Assembly: GCA_963718615.1 (NCBI GenBank)
Contig: OY970368.1
Coordinates: 5,504,001-5,568,000 of the forward strand
Direction of reading: 5' to 3'
Origin: an uncultured cyanobacterium
GTDB lineage: Bacteria; Cyanobacteriota; Cyanobacteriia; PCC-9006; JAAUQQ01
DNA: 64,000 nucleotides
Both the position numbers and the translations under genes were made by a program. The notes beneath the pieces are model-generated. The model searched no databases. It was not told the origin of the DNA and saw only the letters and a list, made by a program, of their open reading frames with translations. Below are positions 30,590 through 40,367 of the stretch, in pieces. Numbering within the stretch: the first letter of the stretch is position 1; every line of letters begins with the position of its first letter.

Positions 30590-31597
30590 TTAGAAATGGC
30601 TAATACAGTTGTTGAGTCGTTGCTGAAGCTCCAATCTATTCAACTGTTTGCCAATAAAAACAAGTTGATTGATAGGTTCACGTTTGAGAGAAATCACATC
30701 GAGGCTAAATCGTTTTCCACTGAGCTGAAAAACGTAGTGGGGCTCTTGCCCTGCAAACCACAGAATTCCCTTAGCTCGATAAACAGTTTCTGGTAGATAA
30801 TCCGTCAGAAACAACTGAAACCGCTGTACGTCCAAGGGATACTGACTCGTGAAGGAGAACGACACAAAGCCGTCTTGATTCAAATGATTGGCGGAAGCCA
30901 AAGCGGGCGAAGGCGAACCCGTGGAGAGATCTTGCGGATCAAGGAGCTCCACCTCAGATCCTCCTAACCCTAGAATGACCGGCAATGGAACCTTTCCCCG
31001 TTCACAGCGAATAATCCTTGCCCCTTCTCGATAGTTATGGCATTGTTGCTCAATGCCTTCTAGCCTTTGTGTATCAACTAAGTCAACCTTGTTGAGCAAT
31101 AAAATATCGCCGTAGGTCAACTGACTCAGGGCAGCTTGACTGTTAAACAGATCAAGGGAGAAGTTTTCTGCATCAATGACCGTCAGAATACTATCAAGAT
31201 GCGTCAAGTCCCTCAGCTCCGATGATAGGAGGGTCAAGGCAATGGGAAGAGGATCCGCAAGACCCGTGGTTTCGATGACCATGTAGTCTACGCGATCGCT
31301 CCGCTCCATTACACTATAGATGGTGTCAACTAAGCTATCATTAATTGTGCAACAAATGCACCCATTGCTCAACTCCATCATATCTTCTTCTAAGGCAACC
31401 AAGAGTTGAGAGTCAATATTAATATCGCCAAATTCATTCACAAGAACGGCTACTTTTAGCGCTTGTCGATTATTCAAAATATGATTGACTAGGGTCGTTT
31501 TTCCACTGCCGAGAAACCCTGTAATAATCGTGATGGGAAGGCCGCATTTGGCTAGATTTAGTTCTAAATCTTGAGCGGCTTTAGTGGCTTGGAACAT
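30590..31597 (-). CDS. COG0523/CobW GTPase without His-rich insert
   Basis: TGFLGSGKTT, GCICCT, ETTGLADP, YRAKGILW. Confidence 0.95.
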   Translation of the reverse strand: MFQATKAAQDLELNLAKCGLPITIITGFLGSGKTTLVNHILNNRQALKVAVLVNEFGDINIDSQLLVALEEDMMELSNGCICCTINDSLVDTIYSVMERSDRVDYMVIETTGLADPLPIALTLLSSELRDLTHLDSILTVIDAENFSLDLFNSQAALSQLTYGDILLLNKVDLVDTQRLEGIEQQCHNYREGARIIRCERGKVPLPVILGLGGSEVELLDPQDLSTGSPSPALASANHLNQDGFVSFSFTSQYPLDVQRFQLFLTDYLPETVYRAKGILWFAGQEPHYVFQLSGKRFSLDVISLKREPINQLVFIGKQLNRLELQQRLNNCISHF

Positions 31598-31658
31598 AGG
31601 ATTTTATGAGATAGTTTTCTCTGTTTTTATGATTTCCAGAAAAATCAAAATCTGTTGG

Positions 31659-32486
31659 CTATAGGGGCAAAATGTGAAGATTTGGAATTGCGATCGCCCC
31701 CAAAAACAGCGCCAGCTGAACGACGACGATACTGGGGCCAGAGGGTAGATTGAAGAGGGCAGAAAGCAGAATGCCGGCGATCGCGCTACTCCCACCTAGC
31801 AGGGATGAAAGCAATACATACTGACTAAACTGACGACTCACTAACCTTGCAGTACAAGCGGGAATCACAACAAAGGCACTGACTAGCAAAACACCGACTG
31901 ATTTAATCGCAACTGCAACCATCAAAGACAACAAAATGACAAAAGCAAGGCGATGTGCATAGACAGAAATTCCTCGAGCCTTCGCTAAAGATTCATTAAG
32001 CGTTAGCAGCATTTGAGTTCGGAGAGTCAGACCTAAAAACGTCAAGCAAACCAGTAAAATGACAATGCTAAAGATTAGATCTATTGGTCGAATCGATAGA
32101 ATGTCACCAAATAATAATTGATTGAATCCTCCTTTATATTGACCCACAAAGCTAAGTGTAATCACAGCTAGAGCCAAGGATGACGAGTAAACAATATTGA
32201 GCAGTGCATCTGTCCAAAGCTTGGTTTTTTCTAGCAAATAGGTGACACCAATGGCAAAGATAACGGAAAAAGGAATGAGAACTAAATTGGGGTTTAGTCC
32301 TAGCAAAATTCCAAGGCTGATGCCCAGCAAGGCAGAATGTCCCAGGGCATCGCTAAAAAATGAAAGCTGCCGCAAAATTGTAAAACTGCCGAGCATACCG
32401 CCTGTGGTGCCGAGCAAAAGACCGCCCAGCAGAGCACGCTGCATAAAAGGAAGCTGGAGTAATTCGGAAAAATGAGATCCATCCAT
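31659..32486 (-). CDS. znuB: Zn/Mn ABC transporter permease
   Basis: FMQRAL, DALGHSALLG, LFGDILS, GVLLVSAFVVIPA, PSGPSIV. Confidence 0.9.
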   Translation of the reverse strand: MDGSHFSELLQLPFMQRALLGGLLLGTTGGMLGSFTILRQLSFFSDALGHSALLGISLGILLGLNPNLVLIPFSVIFAIGVTYLLEKTKLWTDALLNIVYSSSLALAVITLSFVGQYKGGFNQLLFGDILSIRPIDLIFSIVILLVCLTFLGLTLRTQMLLTLNESLAKARGISVYAHRLAFVILLSLMVAVAIKSVGVLLVSAFVVIPACTARLVSRQFSQYVLLSSLLGGSSAIAGILLSALFNLPSGPSIVVVQLALFLGAIAIPNLHILPL

Positions 32487-32512
32487 AGCCGTTCCCGTCC
32501 TCACTCATCTGA

Positions 32513-32533
32513 TGATAATGAAAATCATTATCA
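32513..32533. promoter_or_regulatory. Zur/Fur-type operator upstream of znuB
   Basis: TGATAATGAAAATCATTATCA, identical to 20281-20301. Confidence 0.9.
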
Positions 32534-32639
32534 CTCATTTGTCAATGGAAATCACCTTAATTTCGCAATGGTATCGGGCAGGATGGCCTGTCGGCCTTCT
32601 CCTATAATGGAGATTAAGCTTTGTATCACGATCCTGGCT

Positions 32640-33356
32640 ATGCGGCCCATTCAACCCTATCAACCGCTCCTGCTCCGCCTGCTCCATGGTGTGACGGCCC
32701 TATGTTTAATGCTCTCAATTCTGACGGCCTTTTGGACTTACAACACCTACGATGGCCGCTGGGGTACGATTCCTTTGCCGCAGTTCAAGGAAATTGAGGG
32801 CATTCATGGCACATTTGGTCTCTATACATTGCTGATATTTCCGGTATTTGTGCGCTACGCCTTTGGGCCAGGGCATCGTCGATTGGCGCAGGGAGATACC
32901 CTACAAAAGCTGCAGCAGGTGGGTCAACCGATTTGGTGGTATACGTTGAATCGCTTGACAAATACACTGACGCTAGTTGCGTTATTGTTTGCCCTGTTTA
33001 GCGGCAAGATGATGGATGAAACTTGGTTGCCGAAGGGGGATCTAGAGCATTTTTGGTATTACGGTCATTTGATTTCTTGGGTTGTCATGGTAGGGGCGAT
33101 CGCCCTCCATCTATTGATCAATGCCAAGGTGGGAGGAGTCCCCCTTTTGCTGTCAATGTGGACAAAGAAATTCCGGGCCAAGGATAGCCCTCGGCAATGG
33201 CCAGAACAGGTGGGGGCTTGGTGGGTGGCAGTGCGATCGCGGCGGTGGTCAGAGCGTTTGTCGGTGTTCGGGAGATTGTCGGGGTTGGAGTGGGTGATGT
33301 GGCTCGGCTGGGGAGCGGCGTGGGGGATTTCGCTGGTGAAGGAGTCTTTGGGGTAA
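32640..33356 (+). CDS. Cytochrome b/b6-like membrane protein
   Basis: PYQPLLLRLLHG, TM helices with His ligands (IHGTFG, YYGHL, ALHL). Confidence 0.8.
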   Translation: MRPIQPYQPLLLRLLHGVTALCLMLSILTAFWTYNTYDGRWGTIPLPQFKEIEGIHGTFGLYTLLIFPVFVRYAFGPGHRRLAQGDTLQKLQQVGQPIWWYTLNRLTNTLTLVALLFALFSGKMMDETWLPKGDLEHFWYYGHLISWVVMVGAIALHLLINAKVGGVPLLLSMWTKKFRAKDSPRQWPEQVGAWWVAVRSRRWSERLSVFGRLSGLEWVMWLGWGAAWGISLVKESLG

Positions 33357-33420
33357 GGGAGACGGATTAAGTTTTTAACCCAAGATGGGATAGATCAAAG
33401 CTTAAAAGTCCCGTTAGTCT

Positions 33421-33471
33421 TTAGGTCAAATAGGCTGTGTTGGGAATTAGCATGAACAGGGTGTATTCGTA
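33421..33471 (-). repeat. Orphan copy of the last 16 codons plus stop of CDS 40317-41129 (left direct repeat)
   Basis: 47/51 identical to 40317-40367; all four differences synonymous. Confidence 0.92.
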
Positions 33472-34164
33472 GACTATTTTAAGCAGTTCTCTATCGACCA
33501 TGGCTTTGCTGATTCGATCTCTGAAAGCCCTTCGGCTCAATATGAGCAACTCCATTAGGACGATGCCTTCCCTTGTCTTTGAGACTAAATTTGATTAGAA
33601 GCGGAAGTGTTCAGACTAACGAGGATAATCGATGATTACCAGCAAGAAAATGTCAGCAACATAGACAGGGAATACGGAATCACGAAATCTCAACCGCACT
33701 CATACAATCAACTGATGCTTATATTTTTATATTGAATATCATTGGCTTTAGGTTAGGCCTTCTGCCTAAAACAGCAACGTAAGTATAAGGATTACATCTC
33801 CACATTGAGGTCTATGCAAGAGGTGTACTCATCCACGTATAACTCATAGACAAAGAAAATGTCAAAAGACAACAGGTCAAGAACTATCTATTCTTCAGGA
33901 GTCAACAAGGAATTCTTAAAAAAATCTAATAATCTTGGTAAATACGAAAAATCGTTGAATAGTTTACAGTTGTTGACTCTCGTATCGAGCTACACTTGGC
34001 TATGACTTGGGTGGTTTTGAGAGTTTGCTCGAAAAGTGATAAACACTCAATGTTATGACTGCTTGCAGTTAGTTCAAGATGAATACTTATGCTTTGTTAG
34101 CAGTACAAGCGTTATTGGCTATTGGCAATTCACTTGATTGCTCAAAGCTAAAAAGGAGGTTGCA

Positions 34165-34299
34165 GTGCGATTAGAGGATATTTCAATTGATCAGGTTCTG
34201 GTTATTTCGACATTAACGCTTTTGATCCTAATCATATTTTCAGAGCTTATTTCTATGATCGAATTTTGTACTGATAGTCAGTTGATCTGTGGATTGTGA
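34165..34299 (+). CDS. Putative 44-aa single-TM microprotein (below the ORF-track cutoff)
   Basis: AAGGAGG RBS then GTG; MRLEDISIDQVLVISTLTLLILIIFSELISMIEFCTDSQLICGL. Confidence 0.45.
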   Translation: MRLEDISIDQVLVISTLTLLILIIFSELISMIEFCTDSQLICGL

Positions 34300-34358
34300 T
34301 GATGGCTGTTGAACAACATTAAATTAGTAGGATAGTTCATTTCATTTGTTGCAGCCCT

Positions 34359-34859
34359 ATGTTCAACTCTTTGCCCACACTCAATGATCACAATTTACCT
34401 TATCCTGATACAATCCATCCCATCGTCGTGCATTTTGTGATCGCGATGGTTCTCTTCTCTACTCTGTGTGATGGAATTGGATATTTTACGCGTAATCCCC
34501 GACTTTATGAAGTCAGTTGGTGGAATCTATTCTTGGCAACTATTTCAATTTTTATCGCCATCATTTTTGGTCAAATTGAAGCAGGTCTAGCCGAACCCTA
34601 CACAGCGGCAGCGGCAACATTAAATCTACATACTCTTCTGGGCTGGTCTTTATCGGGGATCATTGCGGCGGTGACAGCTTGGCGATATGTCTTGCGATCG
34701 CGTGACCCCAAGACTCTACCTCTGCCCTTTTGGGGAATTGCCCTACTGCTTACAGGCCTAGTCGTTGTTCAAGTGTATTTAGGAGATGTGCTGGTCTGGG
34801 TCTACGGATTACACAGCGTTCCCGTGGTCGAAGCAATGCGGGAAGGAGTATTACAATGA
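34359..34859 (+). CDS. DUF2231-type membrane protein
   Basis: IHPIVVHFVIA motif, four TM segments. Confidence 0.85.
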   Translation: MFNSLPTLNDHNLPYPDTIHPIVVHFVIAMVLFSTLCDGIGYFTRNPRLYEVSWWNLFLATISIFIAIIFGQIEAGLAEPYTAAAATLNLHTLLGWSLSGIIAAVTAWRYVLRSRDPKTLPLPFWGIALLLTGLVVVQVYLGDVLVWVYGLHSVPVVEAMREGVLQ

Positions 34860-35464
34860 ATTCAGATTTACTCCATCAGCTCCAAGCACAACTTGGTGAT
34901 AACGGTTTACCCTATGCCCTGCCAATACATCCTAACTTAGTCCATTTGACCTTGGGCTTATTTATTGTGGCGATCGCCTTCGATATCGTTGGTGTTCTCT
35001 TTCCCCTAGAAAAGCCGATCTTCAAATTTTTAGCGATCCCCGCAACCCGATCTAATTTTTTCGATGTGGGCTGGTATAACATGCTCGCAGCGGCCATCAT
35101 CACTTTTTTTACAGTTGCCGCAGGCTTTTACGAAATTATGCTCGCAGACCCCTCAACCGAGGTCGTCAGTGCTTGGGGTTTACGAGCGATGGAAACCATG
35201 CTTTGGCATGGCGTTGGTGGGGTATTGCTGTTGTTACTGATTGTAGCAATGACGGTCTGGCGAGGATTTCAGCGTTTCATTTGGCGTAAGGACAACGCTA
35301 GGCAGGTCCAGTGGAGCTATCTTTTGGCAGGTTTAGGAATTTTTGCCTTGATGTTTGTTCATGGCACTTTGGGGGCTCAACTCGCAGCAGAGTTTGGGGT
35401 ACATATTAGTGCCGATCGCTTACTGCGCCTAGGTGAGAATCCAAATCTGCGCTTAGGGAGCTAG
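34856..35464 (+). CDS. DUF2231-type membrane protein
   Basis: IHPNLVHLTLGL, WHGVGG, HGTLGAQLAAEFGVH; ATGA overlap with the previous gene. Confidence 0.85.
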   Translation: MNSDLLHQLQAQLGDNGLPYALPIHPNLVHLTLGLFIVAIAFDIVGVLFPLEKPIFKFLAIPATRSNFFDVGWYNMLAAAIITFFTVAAGFYEIMLADPSTEVVSAWGLRAMETMLWHGVGGVLLLLLIVAMTVWRGFQRFIWRKDNARQVQWSYLLAGLGIFALMFVHGTLGAQLAAEFGVHISADRLLRLGENPNLRLGS

Positions 35465-35468
35465 AGCC

Positions 35469-36428
35469 ATGAATATTCGCACAGGGTTAACTTTAGGGAT
35501 AATTGCCATTGCTCTCACTCTTGTGAGCCTATGGATGGGGCAGCAGGCCTATACTTGGTTGCCGCCCCAAGCGTCAGCAGAGTCCCAGTTAGTAGATCGG
35601 CTCTTTAGTTTTTTAGTCACCCTAGGCACATTTATTTTCCTAGGCGTCGTTGGAACCTTGACCTACGCGGTCCTTTTTCAGCGTGTGGGAAAATACGACA
35701 TGAACGATGGTCCACCTGTTGAAGGCAATGTCCCCCTAGAAGTCGTCTGGACAGCGATTCCCTTTGTCCTGGTGATTTGGATTGCCTTTTATAGCTACCA
35801 AACCTACGACCAAATGTCGATTTTAGGACCCATGGAACATGCTCATGCCCATCAATCGGTTGGTTCTTTCAAAAAAGGCTTGCTCAGAAATGCAATCAAC
35901 GTGGCGGCAATAGCAGAGAGCAATGGTTTAGACATACCAATCGATATGAAACCTATCAATTCCATTACAACCATTGAAGTTTACGCCCGTCAATGGGTTT
36001 GGGAGTTTCGCTATCCTGAGCAGCAAGTGATCAGTACCGAGCTGCACGTGCCCAATAATCAGCGGATAAAACTTATCTTGCACTCTGAAGATGTGTTGCA
36101 TGGTTTTTTTGTACCTGCCTTCCGGATTAAGCAAGATATCATCCCTGGACGGATCATTGATTTTGAGTTTACGCCGATTCGAGAAGGCCGGTATCGACTG
36201 CGGGATTCTGAATATAGTGGTACTTATTTTGCTGCGATGCAAACCGATGTGTTGGTGGAATCCCCCAACGCTTATCAAAAATGGCTAAGTGCAGCAGCAG
36301 CCCATCCCCCGGTTGTTGCAAGAAATCTAGCCTTTGATGAGTATCAGCAGGCGCAACAGTCTGGGAAACCAGGATGGAAAACAGTTGTTCCTGCCTCACC
36401 ACCTCTTGTTAATGCTCCTAGCCCTTAA
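35469..36428 (+). CDS. ctaC: Heme-copper oxidase subunit II, ARTO type (no CuA site)
   Basis: LEVVWTAIP, QWVWEFRYP, DVLHGFFVP; CxExCGxxH replaced by DSEYSGTYF. Confidence 0.92.
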   Translation: MNIRTGLTLGIIAIALTLVSLWMGQQAYTWLPPQASAESQLVDRLFSFLVTLGTFIFLGVVGTLTYAVLFQRVGKYDMNDGPPVEGNVPLEVVWTAIPFVLVIWIAFYSYQTYDQMSILGPMEHAHAHQSVGSFKKGLLRNAINVAAIAESNGLDIPIDMKPINSITTIEVYARQWVWEFRYPEQQVISTELHVPNNQRIKLILHSEDVLHGFFVPAFRIKQDIIPGRIIDFEFTPIREGRYRLRDSEYSGTYFAAMQTDVLVESPNAYQKWLSAAAAHPPVVARNLAFDEYQQAQQSGKPGWKTVVPASPPLVNAPSP

Positions 36429-36464
36429 GGTAGCGATATTCTCTCGTGATTCTGCAAGTAACCC

Positions 36465-38138
36465 ATGACAAGTTTTCCCACTGAAACGATCGCTCCTCTT
36501 GAGCCTCCCTCGCCCAGTCCCCAAAATGACTGGCAACGCTTTTTTAGTTTTAGTACCGACCATAAAGTTATCGGCATTCAATATCTAGTCACCTCGTTCT
36601 TTTTCTTTTTGGTTGGTGGTGTTTTTGCCATGATCATTCGTGGTGAACTCATAACACCAGAAGCAGATTTACTTGATCGTGCGGTTTATAATGCAATGTT
36701 TACTATGCATGGCACAGTCATGCTTTTTCTCTGGACTTTCCCTTCCCTCTTGGGTCTCTCAAACTATCTTGTACCTTTGATGATTGGGGCTAGGGATATG
36801 GCTTTTCCCCGGCTCAATGCCGCTGCATTTTGGATGGTTCCTGTGTTTGGAATTATCCTCATGACCAGCTTTCTAGTGCCAGGAGGACCATCTCAATCCG
36901 GTTGGTGGGCCTATCCACCGGTTAGCCTTCAAAATCCCACAGGTCATTTAATTAACGGACAAGTACTTTGGATTTTAGCAGTGGCTATTTCTGGCGTTTC
37001 GTCAATTATGGGAGCCGTCAATTTTGTCACAACAATTTTCAAAATGCGTGCACCTGGAATGACTTGGTTTCGGATGCCGGTCTTTGTTTGGACCGTCCTA
37101 GCTGCTCAGATTATTCAACTCTTTGGCCTACCAGCGTTAACCGCAGGAGCCGTCATGTTACTTCTAGATTTAACGGTTGGAACCAGCTTTTTTGACCCAG
37201 CCAAGGGAGGTGATCCAGTACTGTATCAGCATTTTTTCTGGTTCTATTCCCATCCAGCTGTGTATGTGATTATCTTACCTATTTTCGGCATTTTTTCAGA
37301 GATTTTCCCTGTTTATGCACGTAAGCCTCTCTTTGGTTATAAAGTCGTTGCAATTTCTTCTTTGATTATTACTGGATTAAGTGGCATTGTCTGGGTTCAT
37401 CATATGTTTGCAAGTGGAACTCCAGGCTGGATGCGGATGCTGTTTATGGCGACAACCATGTTAATTTCAGTGCCAACGGGTATCAAAGTCTTCGCTTGGG
37501 TTGCAACGATTTGGGGGGGAAAGTTATGCCTGAATACAGCCATGCTTTTCGCCTTAGGAGGCTTGGTCATGTTTGTATTCGCCGGAATTACAGGGATCAT
37601 GTTGGCTTCGGTACCTATTGATATTCATGTGAATAACACCTATTTTGTTGTTGGACATTTTCATTATGTGATCTATGGAGCTGTGGTTATGGGGATGTAT
37701 GCAGCCTTTTATCACTGGTTCCCTAAAATGACAGGCCGTATGTATTCAGAAGGTCTTGGTAAAATACATTTTTTCCTCACCTTTCTCGGTACAAATCTCA
37801 ACTTTTTTCCCATGCATCCGTTAGGTCTTCAGGGAATGCCTCGTCGCGTTGCTTCCTATGATCCAGAATTTGCCTTTTGGAATGTGATTGCTAGTATTGG
37901 GGCATTTCTATTGGGGATGTCTACATTGCCATTCATCCTAAATATGGTTGGGTCATGGATTCAAGGGGAAAAAGCCCCAAAAAATCCCTGGAGAGCCATC
38001 GGTCTCGAATGGTTGCTATCCTCTCCTCCCACCGTTGAAAACTTTGAAGAACTCCCGATTGTCCTTGCTGAACCCTATGGCTACGGTAAAGCTGAGCCTT
38101 TGGTTGCAAACCCTGATGCGTTGGAGGTCCACCCATGA
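36465..38138 (+). CDS. ctaD: Heme-copper oxidase subunit I
   Basis: TDHKVIG, TMHG, WFYSHPAVY, VWVHHMF, VVGHFHYV, GMPRR. Confidence 0.96.
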   Translation: MTSFPTETIAPLEPPSPSPQNDWQRFFSFSTDHKVIGIQYLVTSFFFFLVGGVFAMIIRGELITPEADLLDRAVYNAMFTMHGTVMLFLWTFPSLLGLSNYLVPLMIGARDMAFPRLNAAAFWMVPVFGIILMTSFLVPGGPSQSGWWAYPPVSLQNPTGHLINGQVLWILAVAISGVSSIMGAVNFVTTIFKMRAPGMTWFRMPVFVWTVLAAQIIQLFGLPALTAGAVMLLLDLTVGTSFFDPAKGGDPVLYQHFFWFYSHPAVYVIILPIFGIFSEIFPVYARKPLFGYKVVAISSLIITGLSGIVWVHHMFASGTPGWMRMLFMATTMLISVPTGIKVFAWVATIWGGKLCLNTAMLFALGGLVMFVFAGITGIMLASVPIDIHVNNTYFVVGHFHYVIYGAVVMGMYAAFYHWFPKMTGRMYSEGLGKIHFFLTFLGTNLNFFPMHPLGLQGMPRRVASYDPEFAFWNVIASIGAFLLGMSTLPFILNMVGSWIQGEKAPKNPWRAIGLEWLLSSPPTVENFEELPIVLAEPYGYGKAEPLVANPDALEVHP

Positions 38139-38782
38139 GTTCCTCTAAACCTATATTCTCGAACCCCGAATTATTGTCTGAAGCGCTCGCGGATGATACA
38201 GCAGTCAAGCAGAGTGAACTTGCACATCATCATCATCATGAAGCTGGCAATAGCATGTTTGGCTTTTTGGTCTTTCTGCTTTCTGAAAGTGTTATCTTCT
38301 TCAGTTTTTTTGCTGCTTATATTGTCTATAAAACTACGGCGATTGATTGGTTACCTTTAGGAGTAGAAGGACTAGAAATTCGAGACCCTACGATTAACAC
38401 AGTTATCCTAGTCTCCAGTAGTTTTGTTATCTATATTGCGGAACGTTTTCTGCACGCCCACAAGCTCTGGGGCTTTCGTCTCTTTTGGTTACTCACTATT
38501 CTCATGGGAAGTTACTTCCTTTATGGCCAAGCCGTAGAATGGCAGAGTTTGTCCTTTGGATTTACTGATGGACTGTTTGGAGGCACGTTCTATTTACTCA
38601 CGGGGTTTCATGGTCTTCATGTGCTGACAGGCGTTTTATTACAACTGATCATGCTGGTGAGATCGTTTATTCCTGGCAATTACGATGGAGGTGAGTTTGG
38701 GGTTGCTGCTACTTCTCTATTTTGGCATTTTGTCGATGTGATTTGGATTATTTTGTTTGGTCTCATTTATGTCTGGCAGTGA
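38135..38782 (+). CDS. ctaE: Heme-copper oxidase subunit III
   Basis: FLLSE, NTVILVSSS, TGFHGLHV, WHFVDVIW. Confidence 0.95.
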   Translation: MSSSKPIFSNPELLSEALADDTAVKQSELAHHHHHEAGNSMFGFLVFLLSESVIFFSFFAAYIVYKTTAIDWLPLGVEGLEIRDPTINTVILVSSSFVIYIAERFLHAHKLWGFRLFWLLTILMGSYFLYGQAVEWQSLSFGFTDGLFGGTFYLLTGFHGLHVLTGVLLQLIMLVRSFIPGNYDGGEFGVAATSLFWHFVDVIWIILFGLIYVWQ

Positions 38783-38791
38783 GGTGACGTT

Positions 38792-40303
38792 ATGATTATT
38801 GATGATCAACTTTACGATGTAATTATTATCGGTACAGGAGCAGGAGGGGGGACTCTATCCCAAAAGCTAGCACCAACAGGTAAGCGGATTTTGATTTTAG
38901 AGCGGGGAGAGTTTATGCCCCTAGAAGAACAAAATCGGAGCAATGTAGATGTGTTTAAGCGCGATCGCTACCACGCCCCTGAGCAATGGTATGACAGTGC
39001 TGGTGAACCCTTTTCACCTCAAACGAACTATGCGATTGGGGGCAACACCAAAATCTATGGTTCAGCTTTACTACGCTTTCGAGAGCGGGACTTTGAAGCG
39101 ATCCAACATCAAGGAGGAATTTCTCCGGCCTGGTGTCTAAGCTATAGTGACTTTGAGCCCTATTATACTGAAGCAGAAACACTCTACAAAGTTCATGGTC
39201 AAACCAAATTAGATCCTACGGATCCCTATCGGAGCAAAGATTACCCCTTTCCTGCGGTGGAGCAGGATCCGCAAATTGAGGAGATTGTTGGGGCACTTGC
39301 CGATCATGGTCTTCATCCCTCGCCTCTGCCCTTAGGATTAACTCGCCAAGAGGAAGACCCGACTAATGATTCCGAAGTAAGTGGTATTGTTCCCGCTTCA
39401 AAGTATCCAAATGTAACCATCATAACGGCTGCTAAAGTCGTTTGTTTACATACTGACTCATCGGGTCGAGTAGTGAAAGGAGTCGAAGCTAATGTTAGGG
39501 GACAGTCCCATCTATTTTTAGCTCATATCGTTGTATTGGCTTGTGGCGCGGTTAACTCAGCTGCTTTATTATTGCATTCAGTTAGCGATCTTCATCCCCA
39601 GGGCTTGGCGAACCGTTCCGGTTTGGTTGGGCGTAATTTAATGAAAAGCCTAATGACGGTCATCGTCCAATTCAACACTAAGCCTAATTCTGGGGCTTTC
39701 CCAAAAACAGTTTGTATCAATGATTTTTACTGGGGTGATACTGACTTTCCTTTCCCTATGGGTCATATTTATAATTCTGGAGGGCTACTAACGGATGTAA
39801 TTTTTGCAGAAGCACCGCCGTTACTCTCGGTTCTCGCAAAGTTTATGCCTGGTTTTGGTTTGAAGCAATTGGCAACCCGGTCAATTGGTTGGTGGGCACA
39901 AACAGAGGACCTGCCAAATCCAGACAACCGTGTGCAGATCCGGGAAGGGAAGTTATATGTGGAGTATCAAGCGAATAATACCGAAGCCCATGAGCGTCTT
40001 ATTTATCGCTGGATCGACACACTGAAAGCAATTGAGAAAAATCTAGATGGATTTCAACAAAATGCCCTTCACCCCCGAGGAGAAGTGCCCATTCAGGTGA
40101 TGGCTAATCAGTGTGGAACCTGTCGTTTTGGAGAAGATCCAACCACATCTGTTTTAGATCCTAACTGCCGGACCCACGATGTAGAAAATTTGTACGTGGT
40201 TGACGGCAGTTTCTTCCCATCTAATGCTGCTGTGAGCCCAGCCCTAACCATCATGGCAAATGCTCTACGGGTAGGGCAGCATCTGATTGGTCAGCTTTGC
40301 TAA
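38792..40303 (+). CDS. GMC family oxidoreductase
   Basis: IIGTGAGGG, GGNTKIYG, LACGAVNS, VVDGSFFPS..AVSPALTIMANA. Confidence 0.92.
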   Translation: MIIDDQLYDVIIIGTGAGGGTLSQKLAPTGKRILILERGEFMPLEEQNRSNVDVFKRDRYHAPEQWYDSAGEPFSPQTNYAIGGNTKIYGSALLRFRERDFEAIQHQGGISPAWCLSYSDFEPYYTEAETLYKVHGQTKLDPTDPYRSKDYPFPAVEQDPQIEEIVGALADHGLHPSPLPLGLTRQEEDPTNDSEVSGIVPASKYPNVTIITAAKVVCLHTDSSGRVVKGVEANVRGQSHLFLAHIVVLACGAVNSAALLLHSVSDLHPQGLANRSGLVGRNLMKSLMTVIVQFNTKPNSGAFPKTVCINDFYWGDTDFPFPMGHIYNSGGLLTDVIFAEAPPLLSVLAKFMPGFGLKQLATRSIGWWAQTEDLPNPDNRVQIREGKLYVEYQANNTEAHERLIYRWIDTLKAIEKNLDGFQQNALHPRGEVPIQVMANQCGTCRFGEDPTTSVLDPNCRTHDVENLYVVDGSFFPSNAAVSPALTIMANALRVGQHLIGQLC

Positions 40304-40316
40304 GTTAATCAATCTT

Positions 40317-40367
40317 TTAAGTCAAGTAGGCTGTATTGGGAATTAGCATGAACAGGGTGTATTCATA
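40317..40367 (-). repeat. Right direct repeat = current 3' end of CDS 40317-41129
   Basis: TTAAGTCAAGTAGGCTGTATTGGGAATTAGCATGAACAGGGTGTATTCATA. Confidence 0.92.

Larger units (their letters stand above)
33421..40367. mobile_element. Inserted cassette (ARTO oxidase cluster) bounded by 51-bp direct repeats; no mobility gene seen
   Basis: Direct repeats at 33421-33471 and 40317-40367; visibly AT-richer than the flanks. Confidence 0.65.

Noticed and set aside
33472-34150. Integrase or IS remnant in the AT-rich spacer of the cassette
   Set aside because: No ORF of 60 aa or more and no terminal inverted repeats recognised by eye; a translated search would be needed
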